NCBI RefSeq assembly: GCF_004010195.1
Contig: NC_057718.1
Span: 62,954,225 to 63,018,224, forward strand
DNA length: 64,000 nucleotides
Source: Chiloscyllium plagiosum
Lineage: Eukaryota
Reading direction: 5' to 3'
Part shown: piece by piece, positions 53,534-64,000 of the stretch
Position numbering within the stretch: the stretch's first letter is position 1
Layout of the letters: every line of letters starts with the position of its first letter
Position numbers and translations under genes: made by a program
The notes under the pieces: generated by a model
Seen by the model: the letters and a program-made list of their open reading frames with translations, nothing else
What the model was told of the DNA's origin: nothing
Databases searched by the model: none

Positions 53534-53621
53534 CTTTGCGTCCAAGAGTTGATGTAATTAAATATCTTGAGCGCATGTTCCTTTTTGAGCTGCAACCCTT
53601 CATTATTTTCTGTTTCAGATA
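53534..53621 (-). CDS. USP34: USP34 coding exon (human exon 2 ortholog), 88 nt: xSETENNEGLQLKKEHALKIFNYINSWTQ(R)
   Basis: Manual translation resembles recalled human USP34 ISDVEGGDGLQLRKEHTLKIFTYINSWTQR. Acceptor ctctccttgcag, donor gtatgt. Phase 1 in, phase 2 out. Not in the ORF track. Confidence 0.93.
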
Positions 53622-53869
53622 CTGCAAGGAGAGGACAACAAAAGATTCATCAGTTTTATCTAGACCACAAGATCGGACCCATTTTTTCCTCTATCTCTCT
53701 CTTTCCTTCTCCCTGTTACATGCATCCCATTACCCCTTAAAACACATCAATTCTTCCTACTTCAATCACTTGTTATGGCAGGAAATTACACATGCATCAT
53801 CATTCTTCCATGAAGGAATGTTCAATTATTGCATTAACTCTTGTTATCTATTAACTGTCCACATCCAGC

Positions 53870-54750
53870 AAGGGCAAGGACCAGAAATGAAAGTTTTCAA
53901 ATCGGAAAATGCTCCTTTTACTAGGCTGAAATGCAAGTTTGCTAAAGTAGTCCACAAACAAATGTGTAAAAATAGATCAGTGCACCATCAGCTGAAGGCA
54001 TTCAAGAAAGAGATGATGAGGGCTCAGTCAGCGAACAAACAAATTCAGAGCCCTCTCGATGTCAAGTACTTAAAGAGAAGGATAAAAGAAAAAGAAAAAG
54101 CAGATCATGAACCCAAAGAAGGAATGCTGCAGAAAACCCAAGACAGAAAACAGAGAACTGTAGGCCAATTAGTCCGATATCAGTCGTCATGATGTCAGAT
54201 GACAAACATGGAAGAATCAATACTGCAGAAAGCCTAAAGAAATAGAAAGTGTGTCATGGAAATTTTTTTTAAAAAAAGGAAAATTTAAAGCAAAGAAGGA
54301 ATAAAACAGTACTGACAAATAAAATCAAGGAAAGCCTAAAGGTTTACTATTATAAAATGTATCAAAAGAGTGAGAGGATAACTCAGGAAAGATTAAGAGC
54401 CCATTAGGGACCGTGAGGGTAATTTGCGTGTGGATGTGGAGGTTACAGGACTTACGGTCCTTAATGAGTACTTTGTGCCTGTTTTCACATGAGAGGCACA
54501 ATAAATACATTACACTAGAGGAGAACAAGTGCAAAATATCACATGAAATTAAGTTGTGAGAAAGAAAGTATCAACAGGTTTAGCATATTTGAAAATAGTA
54601 CATCCCCAGAACCAAATGAAACATAGCCTAGGATGCTAAAGGATGAAAGACAAAAAACACAGGATTATTTTCCAATCTTCCCAAGTTATGGGTATGGTAT
54701 CAAAAGTTATTGAATGTAGTCCAACTGTTTAAAGAAAGGTAGAAAGAGAT
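53870..54750 (+). mobile_element. Decayed CR1 ORF2 fragment
   Basis: KIKESLKVYYYKMYQK-like inter-domain remnants and a tccccagaaccaaatg (SPGPDG-like) motif. Confidence 0.5.
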
Positions 54751-55849
54751 ATAGTCATTTCTTCTGTAGCATGACAGTCACATTCCTGCACGACCTTGTG
54801 CTATACAAGAATTGTACAAACATGCTACAGCAAACACATGTTTTTAAAAGTCCACACTTTAGAAACAGCATCCCCTATTCATCAATCGCATTAAAGCAAA
54901 TTTGCATAGACAAAACAGACACTACAGCAGAACAACCTGTAGATAATAAATATGAGACAAATATCAGCAAAGGGAACATTATTGAAAAGAAAGTCTGAGG
55001 GACAAAATAAATATCAATTTAAAAGTAGAAGATTAATCAAAAACAGCATGAATGTATTGAATCCTTAATACTTGTGTCATAAAATAGCATTAGTTGCAAT
55101 TCACCAACAATAATGCTGGAGTTTGGAAGCTATTTTTTGTCGTACAAGGAACAAAATAGACGATTCAAAAGAAGTGTTACAATATTGCAGTGGTTAAACA
55201 GTCTTAATCAGTGATTTAGTTTTCACAGGTAGCTTCCACTTTAAAATGAATTAAAAAAATTACATAGATAAAAATTGCCACAATTAAGACAGAAAGGACA
55301 CCTATACGTTACCAGAAATAAATTTCAAAGAACACATTTTCAGGTAAGAAGTCACTTGTGAGAGTGTTTCTTTGCTTCCTAATAGAAATTACACAGTAGG
55401 ATGAAGTACACAGGATCACCAAACTCATCCCTGATATGGAAAGACTATTTTGCAATGAGAAATTTGGAAAATGTGGTCTGCATTCTCTGGAATTTGAAAG
55501 AATGAAAGACCAACTCATAAATTTACATTTTCTTAAAAGTGATAGAGGTAAATGCATAAAGGAGATTTCCTGGTTGAGGGGTCTGGAACAAGGAAACAGA
55601 CTCCATTCTAAATTGCTTACCATTTATTCACTGAAAAGTGAATTTTTTTTCAATTCAGAGAATGGTGAAGATTCAGAGTATTCTATCTTGGAAGGAAGCT
55701 CAGTCATTTACTAAGTTCAAGAGAGACTGGTAGATTTCTAGTTACTAAAGGCATGTAGGGATATGGGGTGGCACAGGAGTAAGGCAGAGAAGTAGATAAT
55801 CAGCCATCATCTCAAATGGCAGAGCAGGTTCAAGAGGTTTTTTTTTTAA

Positions 55850-56340
55850 AATTCATTTTGTGGGACGTGGGTATTGCTGGCCAGCATTTATTGCCTGTCC
55901 CCTGCCTTTGAGACAGTGATCGTGAGCTGCCTTCTTGAACAGATGCAGTCTACTTGCTGTGGGTTGACCCATACTGCCATTTGGGTGGGAATTCCAGGTA
56001 CAGTGAAGATACAGCAATATATTTCCATGTCAGGATGGTGAGTGGCTTGGACAAGGACTTGAAGGTAGTGGTTTTCTCATATATCTGCTTTTGTTCTTCT
56101 AGTTGGAAGTGGTCATGGTTTGGAAGGTGTTGGCTGAAGATCTTTGGTGAATTTCTGCAGTGCATCGTGTACAATACTACACACTGCTGTTACTGAGCAT
56201 CGGTGATGGAGGGAGTGGATGCTTGTGGGTATAGTGCCAGTCAGGCAGGCTGCTTTGTCCTGGATGGTGTCAAACTTCTTGTGTTGCTGGGGCTCCACTC
56301 ATCCAGGCAAGCGAGGATATTCCATCACACTCCTGGCCTA
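55850..56340 (-). mobile_element. 3' end of an L2/CR1-group LINE
   Basis: KKFDTIQDKAACLTGT...IHSLHHRCSVTAVC and YTMHCRNSPKIFSQHLPN; same family as ~43400-43800. Confidence 0.65.
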
Positions 56341-57124
56341 ACCTTATGTTGCCTAAATCGTGAGGATTTGAGAGAAAGCTATGGCAATAGTTACAATGAT
56401 TTTAATACAAATATAGATTGATCCAATCAGATTGAAACTACTTTTGATAATGGTTAGTTCTTAGTGTGTATTTGGGATAATTTCTTGGAGAAACACATTC
56501 TAGAGACAACCCGAGAGCAAGATTAATGATTTCTTAACAATAGGTCCCTTGGTAGCAGTGATCACCTTGTAATTGAGTTTCATGGGGAAAGGAGTCAGTC
56601 TCAGACTAGTGCATTTTTAAAAACTTAAATAAGGAAGTTATGAGAGAATATTAAAGCAGAGCAAACTCATAAATAAGGTTAAGGGATAGGTCAACGACAA
56701 AGATAGATTCAAAAAGGTGTGGACACTCCATCCATGATTAACTAAGGAAGTAAAGATAGGATCAAATTGAAAAAAATGATCATTCCAAAATCATGGAATG
56801 ACAAGTCAAAAGATTGGGCAGAACTTAAATGACAAAGAATGCTAAACAGGTGAATAAAAAAAGAAAGAGAGACAAATCAAACAATGAGCAAAAACTACTT
56901 AGATTTATTAGAACAGATATTGCAGGCACACAATCTTTTATCCAAAATTCTGAAATCCGAAAATGTCTGAAATCCAAAGATTTCTTGGTGAAGTGTACAG
57001 CGTCAGTCATACTTGCATAACAAGGTTTGTTTGGCGAAATCCACACCACTCAACCCACGTGGCGGCATTACCCAGCACTGGCAGGCATCAATTGAGTATT
57101 TTTTCACTTCATTTAATTACACTG

Positions 57125-58790
57125 TGAAATTGCCAAAAAGAGCTGCAGATACACCTATGCATAACAATAATAAAAAGAAAAGGAAGCAAGCATCTGACGT
57201 TATCGATAACACAGGAAGTGGAATTATTGCAGAAGCTTGATCGTGATGAATCTGTATAGCATCTTACTGAAGAATATGGTGTCGGAACTATCACTGTATA
57301 TGGTTTAAAGAAACAAAGACAAGTTACTGACGTTTTATGGTAACAATGGTGACCTTTAACTAACGAAAATTAGGAAAAGCACTGCATAGGGCAAAAATGA
57401 AGATCATAACCGTGCGTTGATGAAGTGGATTTGACAACGAAGAAGTGAACGTATGCAACTGACAGGTTTGTTGGTCATGAAACAAGCTAGAATAGATCAT
57501 AAAGAACTGAACATTGACGGCAACTGTCAATATTCAGAAGGTTGGCTGCAGAAATTTAAGAAGTGTAATGGTGTAAAATATCTGAAAATCTGTGGTGAAA
57601 AAGGCTTCTACTGACCATGAAGCAGCTGAAAATTATATTGACGAATTTGCCAAGATAATACCGGACGAAAGCCTTAACCCTGAACAAATTTACAATGCTG
57701 ATGAAACAGCTCTCTACTGGCGCTATATCCCTAGAAAAACATTAACAACGGCTGATGAGAAAGCACCAACAGGTTTTAAGGATACGAAAGACAGGTTAAC
57801 TATTCTCGGGTGTGCCAATGCTGATTGGTAAAAACAAACATCCAAGGCGTCTAAAAAGGTATACACAATTTACCTGTGCATTATTATGCAAACAAGGGAA
57901 ATCTTTTGACTGGTTCAGTAACCACTTCGTACCAGCGGCACAAGCTCATTGCAGGCAAGCTGGAATGGAAGAAAACTGTAAAATTTTATTGTTCCTGGAC
58001 AACTGCTCCACACATCCCCCTGCCGAACTTCTTGTGAAATGTAATGACTTCGGCATTTACTTGCCCCCTAATGTGACATCTGTATTACAGCCTTGTGACC
58101 AAGGAATTTTACGCTTGATGAAGAGCAAGTATAAAGACTTTTTTTTAAATTGTGTGCTTGCTGCAGTCAACAGAGGGGTAGGAATCCAAGGCTTCCTGAA
58201 AGAGTTTGGTGTTAAGGCATTTTCGTAGTTGCTAATGCTTGGAAGGATGTTGATGAATCAACATTAACAAACGCTTGGCACAAACTGTGGCCTAAAATGA
58301 TGTTTGATGTAAATGAACCTACAGACAAAGACTTTGAAGGATTTTGTGTTACTGATGAGAAAACTATGAGAGCAAACCTTCCAACTTACACACAAAGTTT
58401 ATCGGACAACAAAGTGTAAATAAATTACAGGAAGCTGACATCGAAGAAATGCTGAACATTAACAATGACGCAACTATTGTGCATTCCTCGAGTGATGGGA
58501 AAATTGGTGAAATGCTGTTAAATACAGATAAGCGTGAGGATAGTAGTGTTGATGATGACGACGACTTTGTGAGCACAGCTGAAAGAATCCCCAAAGACAA
58601 TATGGTGAAAATGCGTGATCAGTTAATCGCTGGCCGTGAACAACGTTCATTTATCAGTGAGAAAGAGATTATGGCAATTTACTCAATTAAAGAGAGTTTG
58701 CTTAGACAGAAATCTATGTTAATGAGACAGAGGACATTTGAAGTCTTTAAAAAAGCCGTCTGCCATAGTGGTGAAGCAGTGTACGTTTAA
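57125..58790 (+). pseudogene. Disrupted Tigger/Jerky-like (CENP-B family) DDE transposase
   Basis: YSEGWLQKFKK, QIYNADETALYWRYIPRKTL, KDRLTILGCANA, ILLFLDNCSTHP and LPPNVTSVLQPCDQGI, split across frames with stops. Confidence 0.88.
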
Positions 58791-58872
58791 GATTTACAGA
58801 ACTTTTTTTCTGGAAATAAAACGTCGAGAATTTATGATCTGTGTATTTCATTGATCAGTATATTAGCCCACA

Positions 58873-59160
58873 AGCAGCACGGTGGCTCAGTGGTTAGCAC
58901 TGCTGCCTCACAGTGCGAGAGACCCGGATTCAATTCCCGCCTCAGGCGACTGTCTGTGTGGAGTTTGCACATTCTCCCAGTGTCTGCGTGGGTTTCCTCT
59001 GGGTGCTCCGGTTTCCTCCCACAGTCCAAAAATGTGCATGCTAAATTGCCCATAATGTTAGGCGAAGGGGTAAATGGAGAATGGGTCTGGGTGGGTGGGT
59101 GGCGGGTCAGTGCGGACTTGTTGGGTCGAAGGGCCTGTTTCCACACTGTAACTAATCTAA
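58873..59160 (+). mobile_element. tRNA-derived V-SINE (HE1-like) nested in the Tigger
   Basis: A box GGTGGCTCAGTGG, B box GGATTCAATTCC, V-domain and LINE-type tail. Confidence 0.88.
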
Positions 59161-59519
59161 TTTTGAAAATGTAATCGTATTTCTAGTCTTTATTTATCCC
59201 ACTTCGTGAAAGTATTCATGTTTTTGCTGCAGTATTAGTGTTGGATTACAAGGTGCTGTCCTGGACCTTGAGGAGGAGATACATTTGTTCCAAAGTCCAA
59301 AAATCCCGAATTCTGATAACCAGCTGGACCCGACAATTTCGCATAAAGGACTGTGTACCTGTAATAGTTTCCAAAGCTGTTTGAAAAAGAAAATAAATGC
59401 AAGCTGAGTGAATGTTGATCTTCAAGAAAAAGAGTTTGTGAAATTAACAATGGAAAATAAGGAAATGGCAGATGAATTGGGAGATATTTCGCATCTGTCT
59501 TCACTGGAAAAGGACATGC

Positions 59520-62500
59520 AACAGAAAGGATAGAAAGGGAGGCAAGAGGGGAGGGGGAGTGGCATTTTTGATAAGGGATAGTGTTACAAGCTGTATTTAG
59601 GGAGGATATTCCCTGAAATACACCCAGGAAAAAGTTACTTGGGTGGAACTGAGAAATAAGAAAGGGATGATTACCTTTTTGGGATTATATTATAGACCTC
59701 CTAATAGTCAGCTGGAAACATCTTTGTAAGGAGATTTCAGTTAACTCTTGGAATACTATGGTGCTTATGGGAGGGGATTTTATCTTTTCAAATAAAGACT
59801 GGGACTGCCTTGGTGTTAAGGCTTCAGATGGAGAGGAATTTGTTAAGTGTGTACAGGAAAGTTTTCGGATTCAGTATGTGGATGCACCTTCTAGAGAAGG
59901 TGTAGAACTTGACCTACTCTTGAGAAATAAGGAAGGGCAGGTGACAGAGGTGCCAGTGGGGGACCACTTTGGGGCCAGCAACCATAATTCTATTAGTTTT
60001 TGTAAAAAGTGATGAAAAAGGATAGACCAGATCTAAAAAGGTGAAGTTCTAAATTGGAGGAAGACTAATTTTGATGGGGTATTAGGCAAGAACTTTCAAA
60101 AGCTGATTGGGAGCAGATGTTCACAGGTAAAGGGACGACTGGAAAATGGGAAGCCTTCAGAAATGAGATGATGAGTGTTCAGAGACAGTATATTCCTCTT
60201 AGCGTGAAAGGAAACGCTAAAGGAAACGGTAGGGGTAGGGAATGCTGTATGACGAGAGAAATTGAGGGATTAATTAAGAAAAAGGAGGAAGCATATGTCA
60301 GGTATAGACAGGACAGATTGCATGAATCCTTAGAAGAGTATAAAGCCAGGGGGAGTACGCTTAAGAGGGAAATCAGGAGGGCAAAAAGGGGACATGAGAT
60401 AGCATCAGCAAATAAAGTTAAGGAGAATCCAAAGGGTCTTTACAAATACATTAAGGACAAAAGGGTAACTAGGAAGAGAATAGGGCCCCGCAAAGATCAG
60501 CAAGACAGCCTTTACATGGAGCCACAAGAGATAGAGGAGATACTAAATGGGCATTTTGCATCAGTATTTAGTGTGGAAAAATATATAGAAGATATAGAAC
60601 GTAGGGAAATAGATGGTGACATCTTGGAAAAATGTCTAGATTACAGAGGAGGAAGTGCTGGATGTCTTGAAACAGGTAAAGGTGGATAAATCCCCAGACC
60701 TGATCAAGTGTACCCTAGAACTCTGTGGGGAGCTAGAGGAGTGATTGCTGGGCCTCTTGCGGAGATATTTATTTGTATCATCGATAGTCACAGGTGAAGT
60801 GACAAAAGACTGGAAGTTAGCTAACATGGTTCAGAAAAGGTGGTAAGGACAAGCCAGGGAATCAAAAGTGTGGGAGAAGATTTGTAGCTCAGGTGTTCGT
60901 GGTTGTGGCTCTGTTCGCCGAGCTGGGAATTTATGTTGCAGATGTTTCGCCCCCTGTCTAGGTGACATCCTCAGAGATCAGCCAGGGAATTCCTAGAGGC
61001 ATGGCACTCATCCACAGATTCAATCAATAAGCACATCGACCCTGGACCCAATATACCGGCCACTGCAGCGGACAGCTGGAACTGACAACTGGAAGCGGCA
61101 GGTACAAATCACTATAAATGTCGGAGGAAACATCACAGAAGCGCTTCACAGGAGGCTCCCAAACACTGAGCAGGGGACGAAACATCTGCAACACAAATTG
61201 CCAGCTCGGCGAACAGAACCACAACAACAAGCCAGGGAACTATAGACCAGTGAGCCGGACATCAGTGGTGGGCAAGTTGTTGGAGGGAATCCTGAGGGAC
61301 AGGACGTACATGTATTTGGAAAGGCAAGAACCGATTAGGGATAATCAACATGGCTTTGTGTGAGAGAAATCATGTCTCACAAACTTGATTGAGTTTTTTG
61401 AAGAAACAAAGAGGATTGATGAGTGCAGAGTGGTAGACGTGACCTATATGGACTTCAGTAAGGCATTAGATTCGGTTCCCCATGGGAGACTGGTTAGCAA
61501 GGTTAGATCTCATAGAATACAGAGAGAACTGACCATTTGGATGTCGACTGGCACAAAGGTAAAAGACAGAGGGTGGTGGTAGAGGGTTGTTTTTTAAACT
61601 AGAGGCCTGTGACCAGTGGAGTGCCATAAGAATCGGCGCTGGATTCACCACTTTTATTCATTTATATAAATGATTTGGATGCGAGCATAAGAGGTACAGT
61701 TAGTAAGTTTGCAGATGACACCAAAATTGGAGGTGTAGTGGACAGCGAAGGTTACCTCAAATTACAATTGGATCTTGATCAGATGGGCCATTGGGCTGAG
61801 AAATGGCAGAAAGAGTTTAATTTAGATAAATGTGAGGCGCTACATTTTGGGAAAGCAAATCTTAGCAGGACTTATACATTTAATGGTCAGGTCCTAGGGC
61901 ATGTTGCTGAACAAAGAGACCTTGGAGTGCAGGTTCATAGCTCCTTGAAAGTGGAGTCGCAGGTAGATAGGATAGATTGGCATGGTTTTCTTTATTGGTC
62001 AGAGTATTGAGTGTAGGAAATGGGAGGTCATGTTGCAGCTATACAGGACATTGGTTTGGCCACTTTTGGGAATATTGCGTGCAATTCTGGCCTCCATCCT
62101 ATCGGAAAGATGTCGTGAAATTTGAAAGGGTTCAGAAAAAATTTACAAGGATGTTGCCAGGATTGGAGGATATGAGCTATAAGGAGAGGTTGAATAGGCT
62201 GGAGCATCAGATGCTTATGGAGGTTTATAAAATCATGAGGGGCATCGACTGGGTAAATAGACAGTCTCTTCCTTGGGGTGGGCGAGTCCAGAACTCGAGG
62301 GCATAGGTTTAGGGTGAGGGGGGCAAGATATAAAAGAGACCTATGGGACAACTTTTTCATGCAGAGGTTGATGAGTGTGTGGAACGGGGTGGCAGAGGAA
62401 ATGTGGAGGCTACCACAAATGCAACATCTAAAAGGCATCTGGATGGGTACATGAATAGGAAGCGTTTCGAGGGATTGGGCCAAGTGCTGGTAGGTAGGAT

Positions 62501-62580
62501 TAGTCTAGGTTGAGATATCGAGTTGGCATGGACAAGGTGGACCAAACAGTCAGTTTCCGTGCTTGACATCTCTATAACTG
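59520..62580 (+). mobile_element. CR1 (HER1-like) LINE, most of ORF2 plus 3' tail, pseudogenised
   Basis: GLYYRPPNS, VDAPSREGVELDLLL, KENPKGLYKYIKDKR, PGNYRPVS, YMDFSKALDSVPH, SKFADDTK, EYCVQFW. Confidence 0.92.
60862..61228. mobile_element. PLE family C fold-back insertion inside the CR1, 13-bp TSD
   Basis: TSD ACAAGCCAGGGAA at 60849-60861 and 61227-61239. Minus arm 60862-60974 has the HHR core CUGAGGA...GAAA-CAUC. Plus arm 60972-61228 has its HHR stem II deleted. Confidence 0.88.
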
Positions 62581-62958
62581 AAGTATGCAATATTGAGATT
62601 CACAGAACTCCTTCAGTAAAGCTTCAGTTGTGAAAATGATGTCTTCCAATGGATTTTTCACACTCAAACATTGATGAAAAAGCTTTAAAAGAATTGGTAA
62701 AGACTTTTGCTTTTGTGGCAAGTTTTTTGTGACCATGTTCAAACCAAAATAACCTTTTATAGCCTGAAGCATGTAACCTCTTTGAAAAAGTGTTGTACAC
62801 TTAGTGTCTCCATCCAAGCAGCTTGCTCTTTACAAATGCAACATTGATACTAGCTGCAGCAAGTTTTGCTTTGTAAAGTAACTTTCCAAAAAGTTCAAGA
62901 TAAATATCTTGATACAGATAAAAATAAATACATACATATATGTACATTACAAGTGAAT

Positions 62959-63178
62959 GCAGGGTGAGCCTCGTATCCACAGGATTGTTTTCCGCTGTTT
63001 CAGTTACCTACTGTTTACCACAGCCCAAACATGCTATGGGGAACGTTCCAGAACCAGGGACCAGGAGGCTACCAGGAAGGTACGTTTCCCATTTAAATGA
63101 ATGGGTTCGCTCCGATCCACAGTTTTGGGCTTCCACTGCAGGTCTTGCAACGTTTCCACGTGGATACGGGGTACTGCT
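62959..63178. mobile_element. Probable Tigger-like MITE
   Basis: Imperfect TIRs CAGGGTGAGCCTCGTATCCAC and GTGGATACGGGGTACTG. Confidence 0.5.
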
Positions 63179-63265
63179 ATATTGTAAGTTAATATTTTGT
63201 GGAATATCGCTCAAACCAACATGCTTAGAGACTATAAAGCAACAGGAACAACCTTAATATCTTAC

Positions 63266-63640
63266 TTTCCTGATTTGGAGGTGCCGGTGTTAGACTGGGG
63301 CAGACAAAGTTAATAGTCGTCCAACGGATTTATTGGGAAGTACAAGATTTCAGAGCACCTGCTCCTTTGTCAGGTAGCGAGTGGGGCAGGATCACTGATC
63401 TTTTCCTATAAATTCTGTGTCCTATGATCCTGCCCCAATAGCTACCTGACGAATGAGCAGCGCTCTGAAAGCTTGTACGTCCAAATAAACCCACTGGACT
63501 ATAACCTGAACATCAGGAATGATGAAGGGCTTATGCTCGAAAGGTCAATTCTCCTGCTCCTCGGATGCTGCCTGACCTACTATGCTTTTCCAGCACCACA
63601 CTCTGACTATAACCTGGGTGTTGTGAGATTTTTAACTTTA
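63266..63640. mobile_element. PLE family B fold-back insertion containing a nested family A fragment (63509-63604)
   Basis: Inverted arms ~63325-63393 and ~63426-63492. Plus-strand HHR motif ac-CTGACGA-ATGAGC(AGC)GCTCT-GAAA-GCTT-gt at ~63443-63476. Nested insert flanked by GACTATAACCTG at 63497-63508 and 63605-63616. Confidence 0.8.
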
Positions 63641-63729
63641 TCTTATATTCATCAGTTTATTGACCTCCTTTCTCACCACATGTCAGAAACAATAACAACA
63701 GGGATCAAGGATATCACAAAGCAACTGTA

Positions 63730-64000
63730 GGGCACTCTTCTGGACGAGGGCGAATAGTCAGATGTTCTGGTCCACATTGGTAGCAATGACTTGGGTAAGA
63801 AGGGTATCTGATTCTGCAATGAAACTTTAGGGAGCTAGTTATCAAGCAGCATTTCAAACGTACCTCGTGCAAGTGGGTACGGAAATAGGAGCATCAGAAT
63901 AAAGTTATGCATGCTTGGAAAGATGATGCACGAGGGAGGACTTCAGATTCCTCGAACAGGCGCCGAGGAAGATGGCACCTGTTTAAGTTGGACACTCTGC
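63730..64000 (+). mobile_element. CR1 ORF1 (SGNH esterase-like) remnant, running off the window edge
   Basis: DVLVHIGSNDLGKKG motif. Confidence 0.6.

Larger units (their letters stand above)
56923..59361 (+). mobile_element. Full-length decayed Tigger/pogo DNA transposon
   Basis: TIRs CAGGCACACAATCTTTTATCCAAAATT and AATTTCGCATAAAGGACTGTGTACCTG|TA. Contains a SINE at 58873-59160 and sits inside a CR1 fragment. Confidence 0.9.

Noticed and set aside
53536..54192. 218-aa plus-strand ORF, the longest in the track
   Set aside because: Antisense to USP34 exon 2 and runs into a decayed CR1. No recognisable domain.
57125..58790. Domesticated TIGD/Jerky-type gene
   Set aside because: Multiple frameshifts and stops, and TIRs still present. 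It is a dead transposon.
58873..58945. tRNA gene
   Set aside because: A and B boxes continue directly into a V-domain and LINE tail, so this is a SINE head. The same applies at 15183 and 50098.
53622..64000. USP34 exon 1 (MCENCADLVEVLNE-like) and promoter
   Set aside because: No matching coding segment or CpG island found; presumably beyond the window end.

Overview
Eukaryotic genomic DNA, most likely from a shark or other elasmobranch (inferred from HE1-type V-SINEs and HER1/CR1-type LINE tails). The window lies inside the 5' part of USP34 on the minus strand. Ten coding exons (orthologous to human exons 2-11; 1,337 nt; all GT-AG; one continuous frame) run from 53621 down to 2990. Exon 1 and exon 12 onward were not found and presumably lie outside the window. 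The introns contain many decayed CR1, L2-like and Rex1/Babar LINEs, SINEs, a full-length decayed Tigger/pogo transposon and several MITEs. The most interesting layer is about 11 Penelope-like element (PLE) insertions from at least four families. They carry minimal hammerhead-ribozyme (HHR) motifs (CUGANGA-N-stem II-GAAA-palindromic stem III), several on the USP34 pre-mRNA strand. Most are fold-back insertions with 12-15 bp target-site duplications (TSDs) and a 33-38 nt tail on one arm only. HHRs in PLEs are an established phenomenon; activity and novelty of these particular copies are untested. Boundaries of old repeats are approximate and were read by eye.
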